From Pavona decussata (lineage: Eukaryota), in contig CDRNST010000180.1 in NCBI GenBank assembly GCA_977016875.1, forward strand, positions 682,001 through 746,000: a stretch of DNA of 64,000 nt, given 5' to 3'. Position 1 is the first letter of the stretch; each line of letters opens with the position of its first letter. The position numbers and the translations under genes were made by a program. Below the pieces are notes generated by a model that saw nothing but the letters and a program-made list of their open reading frames with translations, was not told the origin of the DNA and searched no databases. Positions 36,301-51,000 of the stretch are shown here, one piece after another.

Positions 36301-39018
36301 GAAACAGCCTGTCAACCTGTCCATCACCCTCATCGCACGCCAGCCAATGGTTGCACAGAAAGAAGAACTTCTCATCAGTTTCAATATCCCGGATGACCAC
36401 CTGTGAAAGAAACCATGATGGGCTTTTTCCGGTGTTATCGTGCCAGATACGGATAAATGTCAGACTTCCAAGGCAGTCTGGGGTAGTGACAAGGAAGGAG
36501 TCAACACCACCTGGCTGTAAACATAATCTGGACGTGCTTTTTAGCATATGCACCGAGCTTTGCCCTTCCTCACCCGCAATGAGAATGGAGACGTTAGCTG
36601 TTGTGCCTGTCTTCTTTCCGCGCGCAGTGTAAACTGTTACTTCATAGCGATATCGGTCAGCTGGATCATTGTCTAACACGGGTACCAAACCAACCTGAAA
36701 GGAAACGAATCTGTGAGAAATAGCAATAAGTAAAACATAGCGAAAATCATCAGATACATGAAATTTCTAGATTCAAGCTTTTGGAGTGAAAAGGAAGATA
36801 TGAAATTCAAAATAAACATTCCTGTCGTTTCTTGTTATCAAGTAAATATACACAAACAAACAAAAAACAGTTGTTTTGTCGTAGTCTGATGGGCAATGTA
36901 TTGTTTTTGTAAGCATGCGGAAATCATGTAATTAAAGTGTGGCTAGAAATAGCTACACTTCGAGTGGTCTTTGTTTAAAAGAAAGTTGAAAGGAACAGTA
37001 ACATGCGAACGGGGTCAAAATTGCCCGCTAGCCGAAAGCCTTTATCACGCAATGTGTTTCTTCTTACGGCACAAACTGACATTCAACTCATCGGTAATTT
37101 TCTCTCTAAAATTCTCAAACTCATTAACAATTTATCAAGAGAAAACAAAGAAAATCACTACTGTGACCGTGGTTTGGATATGTGATCCTAATTACCATAA
37201 AATTTCGCCAACTTTAGCCTTGAATTTCTCCAAGAATTATTGATCATTTGAGAAGCCATATCAAACACTCGAAAGTGTGTTTCATCAGATATCTAAACAC
37301 CTCGAAGTCGTTTAAAAAAACCCGACTGCGCCTCGTTTTTTCAATCTACTTCTCAGTGTTTGGATATCTGATGAAACACACCTTCTCGTGTTTGATATAT
37401 TACGTCAAACACTTTATCAAAGAAACCTTAGTGATGTCCTTCCTGTCCTTTCTTCTGGCCCACACCAGCGCCAGGATGTATAATCCAATAATAACACAGT
37501 AGGTAGCAAGTAGTGCGGGGTGCTTGTGAATCTGTGTTAATTCCTTGAGTGAAGCGTTGATGTCCAGCTTGTTTGGCGGGATGAACAAATCGGCACCAAA
37601 CCACGTCAAGTGTGTGCACTGGCAACGAGTTCGGCTGCGTGTAGATTGCTCATGAACCTGAGGGAAAGACACAACAAAATGGGATTTTTGTGACTATGAT
37701 CGAGAAAAGACGAAAACAATCATATATATGGACTGAAAAAATAGATATGAAAACAAAAAAACGAAAAAATCATGTATGGACTGCGGACATAGGAGAAAGG
37801 AGATGTGGTTAGTTTGTATCGCTTAGACACACGTACGTTCAAAATAAGTCTGTACTGTGTTGTACTGTGAAAAGCTCCTTCAGTTCAAAATAGGAACTCA
37901 TTCTAAAGAGGGCAAGTGTGGCAGCTCAGAGATGAATTAAGTCCAATGAGACATACATAACTGGTGTACTCAGTCGTCTGTTTATGGAAGATACTTTAAG
38001 TAAAGGCTGGTTTCCATATGATCGCAGATCGCAATAAGGTCTGCGATCGTCTGCGATCATATGGAAACTACTTCTGCGATCGTCTACGATCCTGCGATCG
38101 CGATCGCAGACGATCGCAGAAGATAGAACCATGTTCTATCTAAAGGCTGGTTTCCATATGATCGCAGACGATCGCAGACATTATTGCGATCTGCAATCTG
38201 CGAACTGCGATCCGCGATCATATGAAAACCAGCCTTAATTAGTAGGACTGGTAATCCTGTGGTACGGTAGTGGCACAGTGCAGCTACGTTTTATGACCAT
38301 GTTTTTTTGTGACTACAATGCCTTTAAGGGGGACGCCTCTGTAGGGTAAACAGATAGAACTAGTATACCGATGTTGTCCGCCTTACGTTTTGCAGTGAGT
38401 TTTCTGACCACATTAATACAAAATGGTGCCATAAATTGATCCTGACTCAAATACATCATCTTTGACCCACACCAATTTAAGTATCGATTGCTTTTCTTTG
38501 TTAACAACAGAAAAAAAAACAGAAACAATAAATTTACCCTGCATCCCTTGGTGCTCCAGTCTGAAGAAATTTCATTCCAAAAATAGCAGGCTGTACTGAT
38601 GACGTCAAAGGTATAGTCTATAGTCGTCCCAATCGGCTCCAGATTATTGTCATGCGCACTCGGGAGAACTCCAAAATAATAGTCCCCCGCTTCCTTTATG
38701 TGATCGTTTGTAACAAACACCGTGTAGTTTGATCCCACCGTGAGGTCCTGGTGCGGGAGAGTTATTTGGAAGTCGTAGTCAGTTTGAGAGGGACGTTCGT
38801 TGTAGCGGAAGAAAACTGTTAGACCTGAACTTCCGTCAGACGGAGGGAATTTAGCTTTTATGACGCTGTCGTGGTTAGGCAAAGTTACTTTGTGGAAAGT
38901 CATTGAACCACTTGTTGAAGGAGTTTGAAAGGTGTTCAGTGAAATCTATGAGGAGAAATAAAAGAAAACAATATTGCATGATGGGATGATAATAAAAATA
39001 ATAATAATAATAATAATA

Positions 39019-39058
<40 letters not shown>

Positions 39059-42000
39059 CTTTATTTATTACCGTTGGCGATAAGAATTACGGTAATATTA
39101 CAGTGAAAAAAAATTCAAAACACTACATGTATGTATACAGTGAAACTATGTCAAGTTAATTAAGTTAAGTTAAGTTTAGCACCTCTAGGAAAAAGCGATT
39201 GTTTGTATCTGGTAGTGCGTGATACAGGTATTCTGAGATGCACTGGGTTCGACTTACAAGATCTTAGGATCTGGCTAAACATTGACCTTGCTTCTCCATA
39301 ACAGTAAAAAGGCCTCCAGTTTGGTCATGAAAGCCACAAAATAACAGTTAACAGTTAACGACCTTTTATTAATTACCTGCGGAGGATCTTCCTGAGGCAG
39401 AAATACATTGATTGGTGACGTCAGACTCTCCACGGGTAAAACGTTCCCGTCAGACCCTTTGAGCACCAGTGAGATTGGATTGGACTTGACTGGGGTGGAA
39501 TTACCGGAACTTTGGAATGGATTGGTGGACAGTGCTGTAAACTGTAGAGAGATACGAAAAATAAATGTAAAACACAAGCATACAACGCATATAAAAGGTT
39601 ATGGTAATTAATATTAGATGGAATAAATACTTTAAAATCCGTATCCTTAAGTGGTGAAGTCTAGGGTCGTCATATGTAGCTGGTCATTCCAGAAACAATG
39701 TAGAAAACACAAGTCTGAGGCAAGTGCTTCATACATCTCTCTACTACACCATGCTTTCTTGGTAATACTCGGTCCTGTCTTCTTTATTTGTTACTGATTT
39801 GTCAAGTCACTCCTCAACTTACTGTTGTTGTGATATAGGAGCTATTTCCTGTTCTGTCCATCAGGCTGCCGTTATTTGGCAACACAAACTGTCCCTCTCC
39901 TCCCACGTCGACTGAAAGGCCGGCCAGTTTACTTGGCATTTGTTTGGTTAAGCCAATAGCCACACCCTTGGTTTTCATGACGACTGCGCTCTGCCCTGGC
40001 ATCATGGTATAAAGCACCGCATCTGAAACTGTTTCCACGAGACCAAGAACTTCAACCAACACTTCCTAAAAAAAAACAACAAAATTTATTGATCATCCAA
40101 TGCTTTTGTAAAACCTGACAAAACGCATCAGTGTGAATGACATGATAGGTTATAACAGGTTAGGCTGGTTTCAAACGCCGCGCTAATGTCATACCGAACT
40201 AAATTCATCGCATTTAGCACGGCCGAAGACGACGTTTGAAACTGAATTGAAGTCGTATCAATGTCGTGTGACACGGCAAGCTCTGTTCAGTGTGCTACAC
40301 GCAGCCCGATAGCTCGACTTGGTGCGACTGCCGTGCCAAACATGAATACCATGTAACTACATTACAAAACTTGGTTAATTGGGCCAACTTGATTTATCGT
40401 ACAACCGCTCAGTTTTGTCTTTCCAAAGTTCAACTGAATTAAAATCTACGTCTGAAACCAAGTCGCGCTACATTCGTGCTAAAATTGAGCCAGCTTAGCA
40501 CGACACTGCCACCACGTTTTAAAAGGGCCTTAAAGCGAAATGCCAATGATGTGGGAGGAAAGGAGATTTTTCGATGGATTGTCAGGAAATAAACGGGCCG
40601 CTGGAAATGACTACTAATAACCCTACCTGAGAAGCTTCTTTCTCGATGTTGTTAGAACTTTCACCGCTGCTGCTGGCAGAAGCAAGGAATACATTTGACA
40701 ATCCTTTGAGGATTTCTTTGGAGATCTTTTCAATGACTCCCCCATCCTCCCCTCCCTGGGACTCTTTAGTGAGCTTCTCCGCCATTGTGGCATACTGCTT
40801 TGCCGCTAAAGCCTAGAATAACAAATAAGGAATTTTCAACTGAGTGTTGAAAGTAACTTTGATTTTCTTTTGGGTTTGGTATTCTTATAAAATGGCTAAA
40901 TGAGAAAACCTTGCCCCACCATTTCAACTAGCATTTAAGCTTGTTTTCTTGAGCTCATATTTGTTTTAAGAATATGTAAGTTCCGAGGCAACTATCGGAC
41001 GATAGTCCTTAGAGAGAAACACTCTGATTACGTACATGGGTGACGACGCCCTGAGACCATCAACAAAGTCAACGAAAACCAATTATGGCAGTTAATTTTC
41101 TTAGTACAATCTGGTCCTTGATCTGACTTATGCTGATATTTTGACGATTTTTTAATGCTTGGTCAATAATGTGAAATGCTGCCTGTGAACTCTTTGGAGG
41201 CCTTATATCGATCGAACGATGCCCTGGCCTAAGTAGCCAGCCATATCGTCCAAACAGTTAGCGACTGGATGATGCTTCATCCTTTACAGAAATATCTTTG
41301 ATTACACTTCAATCGTCGACGGGGCTCTGTCCCTCGGATAAGCGGCCCTTGGTGTCATGTAAACTGGAAGAACTGCGAAACCCTTACCAAGAGGAGGTTA
41401 CACTTAACTCACGTTCGGATTGACTTGGACATGAACTTGTCCATAAATTTAAGGTGAAAATACGAAATTTGAAATACGCATCCAGGGTGCTTGTTCAAGG
41501 AATTACGATATTACTTAAGTTTTAAAGACTTGTGTTAAAAGCCGATGCAAAATACTTTGCCATCTTTTTGAGGGCTGTATGCTAGCGTATCTATTGTACA
41601 TGACTACAAAGTAAAACAGTGAAATTGTGATCATATTTAAACTCCTTTTGTTACTTTTCCCTTAGCAGTTCTCCTTACTTGTGCTTCTACTGTCGTCTCC
41701 TTGGCAACGCCGGTTGCGGCCTGGAGAGTCTGGGAACTAAGCAATACGTCATCAAGCGTTTGTATACGGAAATCAGCCAAGTACTTGATCATCATCAGAC
41801 GAATCTAAAACCAAACAAAGGAAACAAGGTAATTAGCTTGTTTTCGCTTAATATTTACCCACTTGCAATCTCGTTCCAAAATGCTCAATACTTTGATCTT
41901 GCGTGACTAAACTCTTACAAATAGTGTAGCCAAGTGTGACAAAATCACTTTAAATAGCGTGACCTGCCGGTACCAGAGTCTTTGTGAACTTACCCGCTGG

Positions 42001-45000
42001 TTTTCTTCCACAGAAGAGTCGGTAGAATCGTTCTGATTGTTGAGTTTGTTGCTAACAGCGTTTATCAGCTGTGCAGCGATCTTCTCTGATCCAAGACCGA
42101 GTGATTTCTCAATATCATTTCCTGGCGCAAGAGTTTTGCTTATCAATTCTTCTTTAGTTACAATCCTTGGTTTTACCTGAGGACGAAAAATGGAAAGTTA
42201 CGTGACGTACTCCTTGCCTCTGACATCATGCCACTCTGACGTCACCACTTTCGAAATTATGCACTTATTGACTGAGTAGTGCCCAGTGGTGATTGGCCCC
42301 GCCCGGGGCCAAATACCAGCCTGTTTGGGAGGGGGTGGGGATGAAATATCAGCTCGGCTTGATGAGCAAGAAGTATTTTTATGTCGAGCCAAAATACATC
42401 TCACGCTAAAAATGTCAGCCGATTTGATTCGGCCCAGGCAGAATTTTCCTTGCGATACGGGCTGATAATTCAAAGCAGTACGTTGTTTAAGTGTCATATC
42501 GAATTGATGTCAGATAAATTAAAGGAAAAGTCACAAAGTTTTAAACAAAGTAAACTCATGACAAGTTCATCTTGTTACGAACATGGAAAAGAAAGCAATG
42601 AAAGAAGGTAAACAGTATTTTCCACAAGAAACTTTGTGTATTTTCCAATAATCATTAACAGCAACAACAACAACACGCCAAGCAAACAAACAATACCTTT
42701 ATTTGCAACTTGTTTTCCACGGCCTCCCCGTAAGCGTCCTTTATTGTCACCATAACCTCAATAATATGACCGTCACCTTCCTTCCCGGCAGGAAATAAAA
42801 AGTCAGCTTTTGTTAAAGAAGGACCGTAGAAGAACAGGACGCCATTCTCAGCGGAGCTTGGATCCTTACTGTCACGTGGATGAGAGTAAAACATTTCGTA
42901 GTTTAGCGGTTCATGTTCATCCTGCCAACCACTGCATGAAAAAGAGAATCTTGTTTTCAGTTCCTCGCCTGTTTTGGGTGTGACGTCACACGTGCCTTCT
43001 TTGGGCGGCTGATTGGTTATAATGTTATATTCAGCAAATCCTTGGGCTCCTGAAAAAAGATTAATGTCAGACGAGGTATGAAGGAGTATTCTAGGGAGTT
43101 TGATCACCACTTTGTAGTGCTGCCTGTGATTTCATTCCACTCCACTACACTCCACACCACGCCAATTCACTGCAATCCACTACACTTCCCTGCCTTCCCC
43201 TCCCCTCCCCTTCCCTTCCCTCCCCTCCCCTCCATTCCACGCCGCTCCACTCCATGTTACTCTGCTCCTCTCCACTCCTCTACATTTTCTTCTCCACGCC
43301 CCTCCCATCCATTTTACCCCTGTCCACCTCACTTCGCTTCACATCACTTTACTTTACTTAAAAAAAGATAATTTTGAAATGAAAGTGATTGTTGGTAATA
43401 ATCATATATTAAGTGTTGAAGAAAATCAATCTCCAGTTTTTTTTCCAGTAACTTTGAAGTGTAAATTTTTGATTGATGTGTTTTGTCAGTGGCAACTTTG
43501 CTTTCGGAAATTTTGCCTAGCAACCGTGAGACTTCCTGACGTTGAAACGGAGTTTTAAAATTTACATAGGAATTTAAAATCTTGTTCATATTTATCCACC
43601 TACAACGAATAAAAAATGAACCCAACAAATTTGTTATAACTTTTCAGAAATCAGCTTCCTAATGTAAACGAATATAAAAAGACAGAATGCATTTGTTTTT
43701 AACCTGAGTTAAGTCTGCTGGCGACGATCCTGATTCTGTATGAAGCGCCGCTCTTAAACGTGTTTCCAAGTATGACCGCATTTTGAAAATTTCTCAGCGT
43801 GAGGGCTCTGTCCGGCCACACCGGAAAAGGAGCTGACGATTGGACGTCTTCCGCTGACCAGTTATAACTGATAGCTTGGATGTCGTCACAGTTAAGACAC
43901 GTGGTTTTCAGTATCAATCTGCTTGCACGATTCAGGTACTTTCCACAATTCGACCCGTCACAACTGGATTGGAAGGAAATGAATGAATTATTAGCCAAGT
44001 ATAAATAAAGAACGCGAACTAGTACTGTACTAGTACTTTACTGACCATTAGAGACCTCGTACGGATTCAGAAATACGGCACATCTTCTATCATCTTCGTC
44101 CGACTTCTTTTTGAAATCGGAAATCCGAAAGCAAGCACGATAAACTATGCTGTTTATGGACAACTCACTGAAGTACGAATAGGAGGGTGGGGAGGGGAGA
44201 AGAGGCTCACCAGCTGGCTATTTGTTGAATTGAAAGCCAGTGGTCAGGTGGCGGGATTCTATCCTGAGATCTTCAGATCTCAAGTTTAAACACGAGACCA
44301 ATGACCAGCTCTGACTTTACGCAGTTCATTAGCACCCATTCTCTTGCGCTTCCGACGGTTGTTTCGCTTCTCCTATTGTTAATTATTTCCAGGAAAGGAA
44401 AGATACTTTCAGTAGTCCATCAAATAACCATTGAGAATCTTACCGTATTCTGATATCAGGAGGGTTTCCCATCAGGACCTTCACTGTCTGCGTTGCTGTT
44501 GACCGGCGGCCGCTTCCTGTAGAACTGACGTTAACCGTAAAAACATACGTGGTTGCTTCGAAGAGGCTTCTGGGTGGGAATGTCAAAACGTTGCCTGTGT
44601 AACTGACTTGTTTTTTTGCATTTCCAAAACAACCTGACCCTGAATTGACAATAGCAGCGTCACCTTCAATGATGGTGCAAAACCAAGTAAAATCTAATTC
44701 TTCCTTTCCTGGAATTAGAGGGTCACGTGATTTAGATGCATCCAATATCAGCTGCTGTTCCCAATCATGTGACCTCAAATCTCCTCCAACGATGCGAGCT
44801 TCAATATCCGCGCCTGCGATTCTAATGTAAGTGTAGTCAGCTTTAGCTACGCCTACACCTGATATTGTGACGGTGAGCTGGAAGATGTAACCACCAGGGC
44901 CCAGGCCTAACGCGGGAATAATTATCGATGACTGGTTAGTTAGGACATCTGATGGAAGGCTGTTGAACAAATAAACAAACAAATTATTTCTCAGTATACA

Positions 45001-48000
45001 ATTACTACAAGTTACCGTTCAGTATTGGATGAATTTAATCACACACACGTAAACTTCTTGAACTCACTTTCGTGTGTTAGCGACTCACAGTACTCCTCAT
45101 CTTATCTTACCTCGCTTCTCTTCCTGATTCCGGGGGGAGCTGCACGTGAGAAGAAGACCTATTGGCATGGTACGAGTCTGCTTTGTATACAATCCATTTA
45201 AACTTGACCGAGTAACTTTTATTGCTTAGGATCTCCACACGAGAGTTCAGAGAAAATCGCTTTCCATAAATCAGAGATGAAGTATTTGATAGACTCTTCT
45301 GGCCGCCAACAACTTGGACACGAAGTTCTGGAACAGGTTTGTCTGTTATTACAGCCATGGTCCGCGCTGTTTGCTGCGATGCGTCATTCCAGCCCCACAC
45401 TTGCGCCTCGTACAATCCTTGACTGGAATAATTATGGCTATACACCGTTGCATAGCAACCAGATGGATCAAACGGAAGGTTGATATTGGGGTCAAGGTAG
45501 CGCTTTTCTGCCTTCAAAACAGTATTTTTCATAAAATTTCTGAGAGTGATGTTGTTTCCGTCCCCGGCGTTGAAAACAAATTGCGAATTCGTTCCCAGGC
45601 TTGAGCAAAACACGACAAAAGTTACGCTCTCCCCAGGCTTCGCTGGGCCACTAGAAGCTAAATACAGTCCCATCACTGAAAACTGTAGAGTAACCGTTCG
45701 CCGTAAGGACTCTTCTCCAAGACTGTTATAAACTTTAACTATCACTTCATAACTCCCAGGTAGAGGATACACATGGGTAGAGACAGCTGTGCTCGCGTTT
45801 CTTAATTCATCGTAATCCCCGTATGACCAGTCATACGTCAGGCAAGTCCCCGTATCGTGTGTAACCGTGAAGGACACTGGGTACTCAAGGGGGAAAGTGT
45901 TTCCAGTTGGACCTCTCCCTGAAGTTCCCGGATGTACGGAGTATTTAGAATGCATTGCTTTCAATTGTGCGTTTGTTATGGTTTGTATGATTTCAACAGG
46001 AGCCAATAACTCAACCCGGCTTACAAAATTCCAGATAGTCAGCTTGGCCTTGTAACATCCTGGTTTGGAGTACAAGTGACTGTAACTAAACTGCTTTTGC
46101 ACGGGATTAATAGCCCTGTTTTCCGTACTCTCCCCATTACCAAACTCGATGCGGTATGTTGCATCCAAAAGATCTGGAGACTGAGCACTTCGGTTGAACT
46201 GGAAAGTAATACTCCTTGCAGGCCAAATCACAGTGTTATTTTGATGAAGTGAAAATCCTTGCACAGGACTGAGAGTTGTTACGTTATGTCTAACACGTTG
46301 TGTGGAATTTTGGTTTGACGTCACAACCTCGACCTGAAATTCTCCTTGAGTGGAATACACGTGAGTGGCGACAAATGTCTGGCTTCCATAGCCTCTGAAT
46401 TGACGGTTGTAAACATCACCATCTCCATATTTCCATCTAACCTCAACATCTAAACCTGACTCAACGGAAACATAAACGGGTATGGGAGAACCAGTTCTTG
46501 CCACAGGATTGACCCTGGCTGTCAAACCAGATATTTCCTCCAAAAAGGTAACTCTAGCTGTAAGCTTTTGTGGAGAAGAAACAGAATTTGAAAGCTCAAT
46601 CTCGACAACGTATTTTCCTGGATTAGGGCATAGGGTACGATCTAACTCGACAGAACCTGTTTGACCGGTTTGCTGACTTGTAATAGAACCATGATTCAGC
46701 AGCGTAACACTGAGATGAATGTTAGTACCTGTTGACCAAACCCATTCGACCACCACAGACTGACCAAACTCTTTTTGAATCAAACCACTCCCTGCGTTGA
46801 ATTTCAAACCTGTGATGATTGCGTCAACTTGAGCAGTTGTCTTCACAATGTGGCTTCCGAACTGATTTTCACACTTCACAATCACCTCAAAAACACCGAC
46901 TGTGCTGTAAGTATGCAACAAGGGAAGCGGCAGAGTTGCATCAGAAAATGTTTCCTTCTTTGTATCGCCAAAGTCAACCTCGCATTGAAACAAGTAACCG
47001 TATTCATAACTGATTCGAATTTCGCTTGCATTTCCAGGAATGGTCGCTTTGCAGGACACGTTGAGTCCACGGATCTCCAGCGGCTGGTTTGGTTTCTGTA
47101 CTGTGATGGTATCATTAAGCTGTGTTTGCAATGAAACCAGAGAGTTCCTAGCAGTAATTGTAACGTTAAAAACTCCGTGTTTTACGTACTGATGTGTTAC
47201 GCTGTTGTTCAATGTTTCTACAGGAGTAGAACCATCCGCAAAATCGAAGTTATAGGTAACCCGGCTCCCTTTCGAAATCTTCACGACAATGTTCACATTT
47301 TCATACATCTGTATTGTGCTGCGTTCGGCATAAGCTACGAGACCAACTATCGGATCATCTACCATGGCTTTCCCTGATATGGTCGCATTGGGGCCTACCA
47401 AGTTATATGCAGTGATAGTCACGGAATACTCCCCACTAGTTGTGTAATTGTGGAGTACAGTGACATTCATTCCAACAGCGTTAGTGTCTATAATCTGTTT
47501 ATCCGTTCCATCGCCATAATCGATTACAAACTTGACATCGCTCCCATCACTGATAACCCACGAGATTACAGTCTGTAAGCCCGTTTCCACTGCTCTGATT
47601 GGATGCACGAAAGCGAGGCCTTGAATTTGACGCTGCACTGTAATGGTTTTTGTTATATTCTGTGAACTAATTTGATTGACAGCCTCCGCTGTGACGTTAA
47701 ATACCCCTGTGCTGTTGTAAGTTTTAACAGTGGAATTTGCCGTTATGATTTGGCTTGATCCACCATCACCCAAGTTAATTATGTAGCTCACGTTGTCTCC
47801 TTTATTTTGTGAGAATCGAAAAACTATCGACTCCCCAGGGCTCGCACGGTCAGCCACGCTTAACTCAAACCCTTCGATTTTTTGTTGCGCATGCACTATA
47901 ACCCACCCGACGAGCTGACTGATTACGTTGAAAACCTTAACCGTGACGTTGAATTCACCGCTAAGAGAGAAAGAGTGTCCAACAGAGTGATTATATCCGC

Positions 48001-51000
48001 CTGTTAGAGTTCTTGATCCTTTGAAAGTATAGCTGTTACTTGCGTCTCCAAAATTCCAGCGGAAAGACACGTCTGTACCTTCCGATACCAGGCTGTAAAA
48101 CCTCGTATCAGACGCCACTGCCACAATTCTTCGTCCGTGAAACTCCCTTTCGGCTGTGAATCCTACAGTGATGTTCTTCACAGGATCTTGTACGGTCACG
48201 TTATAGAATACAATCACGTGATTGACAGCGTTCTCTCCGGTAAAGATGATTTGCCACTGACCAGAAGTAAACGTCCGATTAAACAGATAATTGGACGGAA
48301 AATCGCGCAGAACGAACCCGTCACCAAAGTCAAGGCGGTATTTGATGTTACTTCCGGTACCTTTGGTAAGGTTAAAAGTTATGGTGCTGTTCGAAGGTGA
48401 AGGATTTGGGAAAGCGGTTATACCAAGTCCTGTTATGCGCTGCTGTACATAAAACGAGATTGAAGCAAATTCAGAGGAAATTGAATTGGAAACGTTGACG
48501 CTCATAGTATAAAACCCGGTTGTGTTAAAATAGAGCTCTATCGAGTTATTAGTACATATCAAGATAGTTATGGTTTTATTGCCATGAAGGTACCATTCAT
48601 AAGTCAAATTATTTCCGGTTTTTGTCCGAGCTATGAAGGTCTTGTTGTCAAACAGTTCTATTCCAGTGAAGTTATCAATGGTTAGACCCGATACTTGCTC
48701 CAGTATAACAATCTCTGAGCTTGCATTCACATACACAGTGTTTTGAAGCCTAACCGACACGGAGTAGGTCCCTCCTTTGGAGTAGTTATGTGAGACGTGA
48801 TTTTTGTTCAGTCCTTGCTCGGTGCTGGTGTCACCGTAATCCCAGTAGTATTGCTGATCTGAAGCGAATGATCCTACCAATGAACATGAAAGGTTCACAG
48901 GGACACCAACCATGCCATGCAATGGCACAGTAATACTGAGGGGGTTAAGGACGGTCACCGTGAGCCAGCTTGTCTGTGTATACGCCACATTAGCTGCCGT
49001 CACCGTGACGTTCAGACTTCCTAACTTGGAGAAGCTGTGTATTACAGAGGTGTTTGAAATAAAAGGCGTCCACGAGCCGTCACCAAATGTCCACTTGAAT
49101 TTGACGTTTGATCCACGCACGGAGACATTAAACTTTGTTGGAGCGCCCAGATATACAGGATTTGAAATCAGAGAGACATTGAGGTCAGATACACTTTCTT
49201 GGACGTTAACTAGAATAGTTGTGTTTACTGTGCTAACGTTGTTTGCTGCCTCCACAAAAAGGTCGTGCATCCCGAAACTGGCAAATGATTGATTCAGCCT
49301 GCCGATAACAGAATCACTTCCCAGGTTCTGCAACGTTTCCTGTTTCAGCAGTGTGCTGGTGTTCACCAGAGTCCAAGACACTGTAACATTCGTATTGGTA
49401 GAGATATTTACAGTAATGACAATTTCTTGGTTGAGTCTTGCGCCAAAGAATGAAAATTCTAGTACTGGGTAGACAGGGTTAATACTATTTATGGGATCCT
49501 GTACAAGCATGCTTTGAAGGCCCGCTGACAAAGCGTTTCCAAGAGTGTCTGTAAAGTTGATTTGAGCCCAGTACTCTCCTGCCGAGAGATACTGATGGCT
49601 AAGCTCGATCGTGGAGGCCTGAGATCCAATGATATTGATCATGTATGTCAAGTCCGATATGTTTTGCGAATGGGCAACTGACACATTCGATCCCACTTGA
49701 AGCACGTTTGCGTCAAGTGCTGAGAAATGGTAAACCTTTGCTTTTCCTGTCTGATGAGTAATTGCCCCGTTTGTCGCTGGACCCCAAGCGATCATATCTC
49801 CTGGCAAAACATTCAAAGTTTTTTCCTTGGGAAGTACGTGCAAGTTGTAGCCGGTTTTTATCGCCAACACGCCGATATCAGCGGTTATTTTCAAGTTACT
49901 CGCACGAAGGGTGCTTACCGTGGGGGACTGGGAACAGTTTCCACTCGGCGGGGGATAACAACAGGACTTTGAAGCGCAAAGGATGTTGGGAGATGAGCAT
50001 GCGTAAGAGGAATGGATGGAGCATGGCTGATTTGCACAAGATAGATTCTTTGGACAGAAGTGAGGAGTTGGCGAGGTGCAGACTGGTCGCATAACCTGCA
50101 ATTAATGCCAAAAAATAATAATGGAAATGTTTTACATTAAAGGATCCGTTTACTATTTAATCCCGAGATGAGCTTTTCCGCAGGACGACTATCATTGCCT
50201 TGGCTGGTCATTTTCCTTTTCAGAACTGAGTGAAATGAATTCATCCCGAAACGACCGTTTTTATCCTCCAACACAGCACAGAATGTAGAATTTTAACTTC
50301 AACGCAACGTGCCCTTTCGTAAAAACGTCAAGGAAGAAAAGCCATCTCAAGATGAACTCATTTCGGCTTTCCGTAAACAGAGCCGAATTCTAAGGCGATT
50401 TTTATTGGAACACTGTTTTCGATTGTGTAGTATCAGTACTATCAGTTTAGTTGCGTAGTCTGGGTGCCAGAAGCCTTCCTTGGTGGTTTCCGATTCCGTT
50501 TAATGTTACGTTTGTGGCAAGCGGCAGAAATGACTACGTGCAAGACAGGATACCCCTTCATCCTCTCTTGCTACGTGAACATGTTTGTTCTATATTTGCC
50601 GCTCGCTGTTTTCTGTTGCTCAGTGAAATTGAGTGGTTTAACGTTAGCATCAAGAGCAACAGTTGTTTTTCACTATTCTCGTGATGTGCTAATTTTTTTT
50701 TTCAAGAAAACATAAACGCCGTTTGCCGTAAATGTCGTTCTAAATCTCTCCATCGTTTCTATTGTCTCGTGCTTCATCGCTCGTTGCGTCGGCCTTCGGC
50801 TGACGACCATCGATTCGCGGCCGATAATGGTCCTACTCCATTAACTTGACAAAATCCCTGGAAAAAAAAGCTCTGTAACTAAATTCTTCAGTTCATTTCC
50901 AGGAGCATCAATCTCAAGGGAATTATGTGCATCGAAGTCTAGTCAGAAAGGGACAAATATAATAATCATAATCATAATCATTAAAATCTCAATTTTAATG

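Noticed and set aside
45277-50094. Many short + strand ORFs antisense to the PKD1 giant exon (likewise over the DCLK and channel exons)
   Set aside because: Shadow ORFs of long coding exons with no recognisable motifs.
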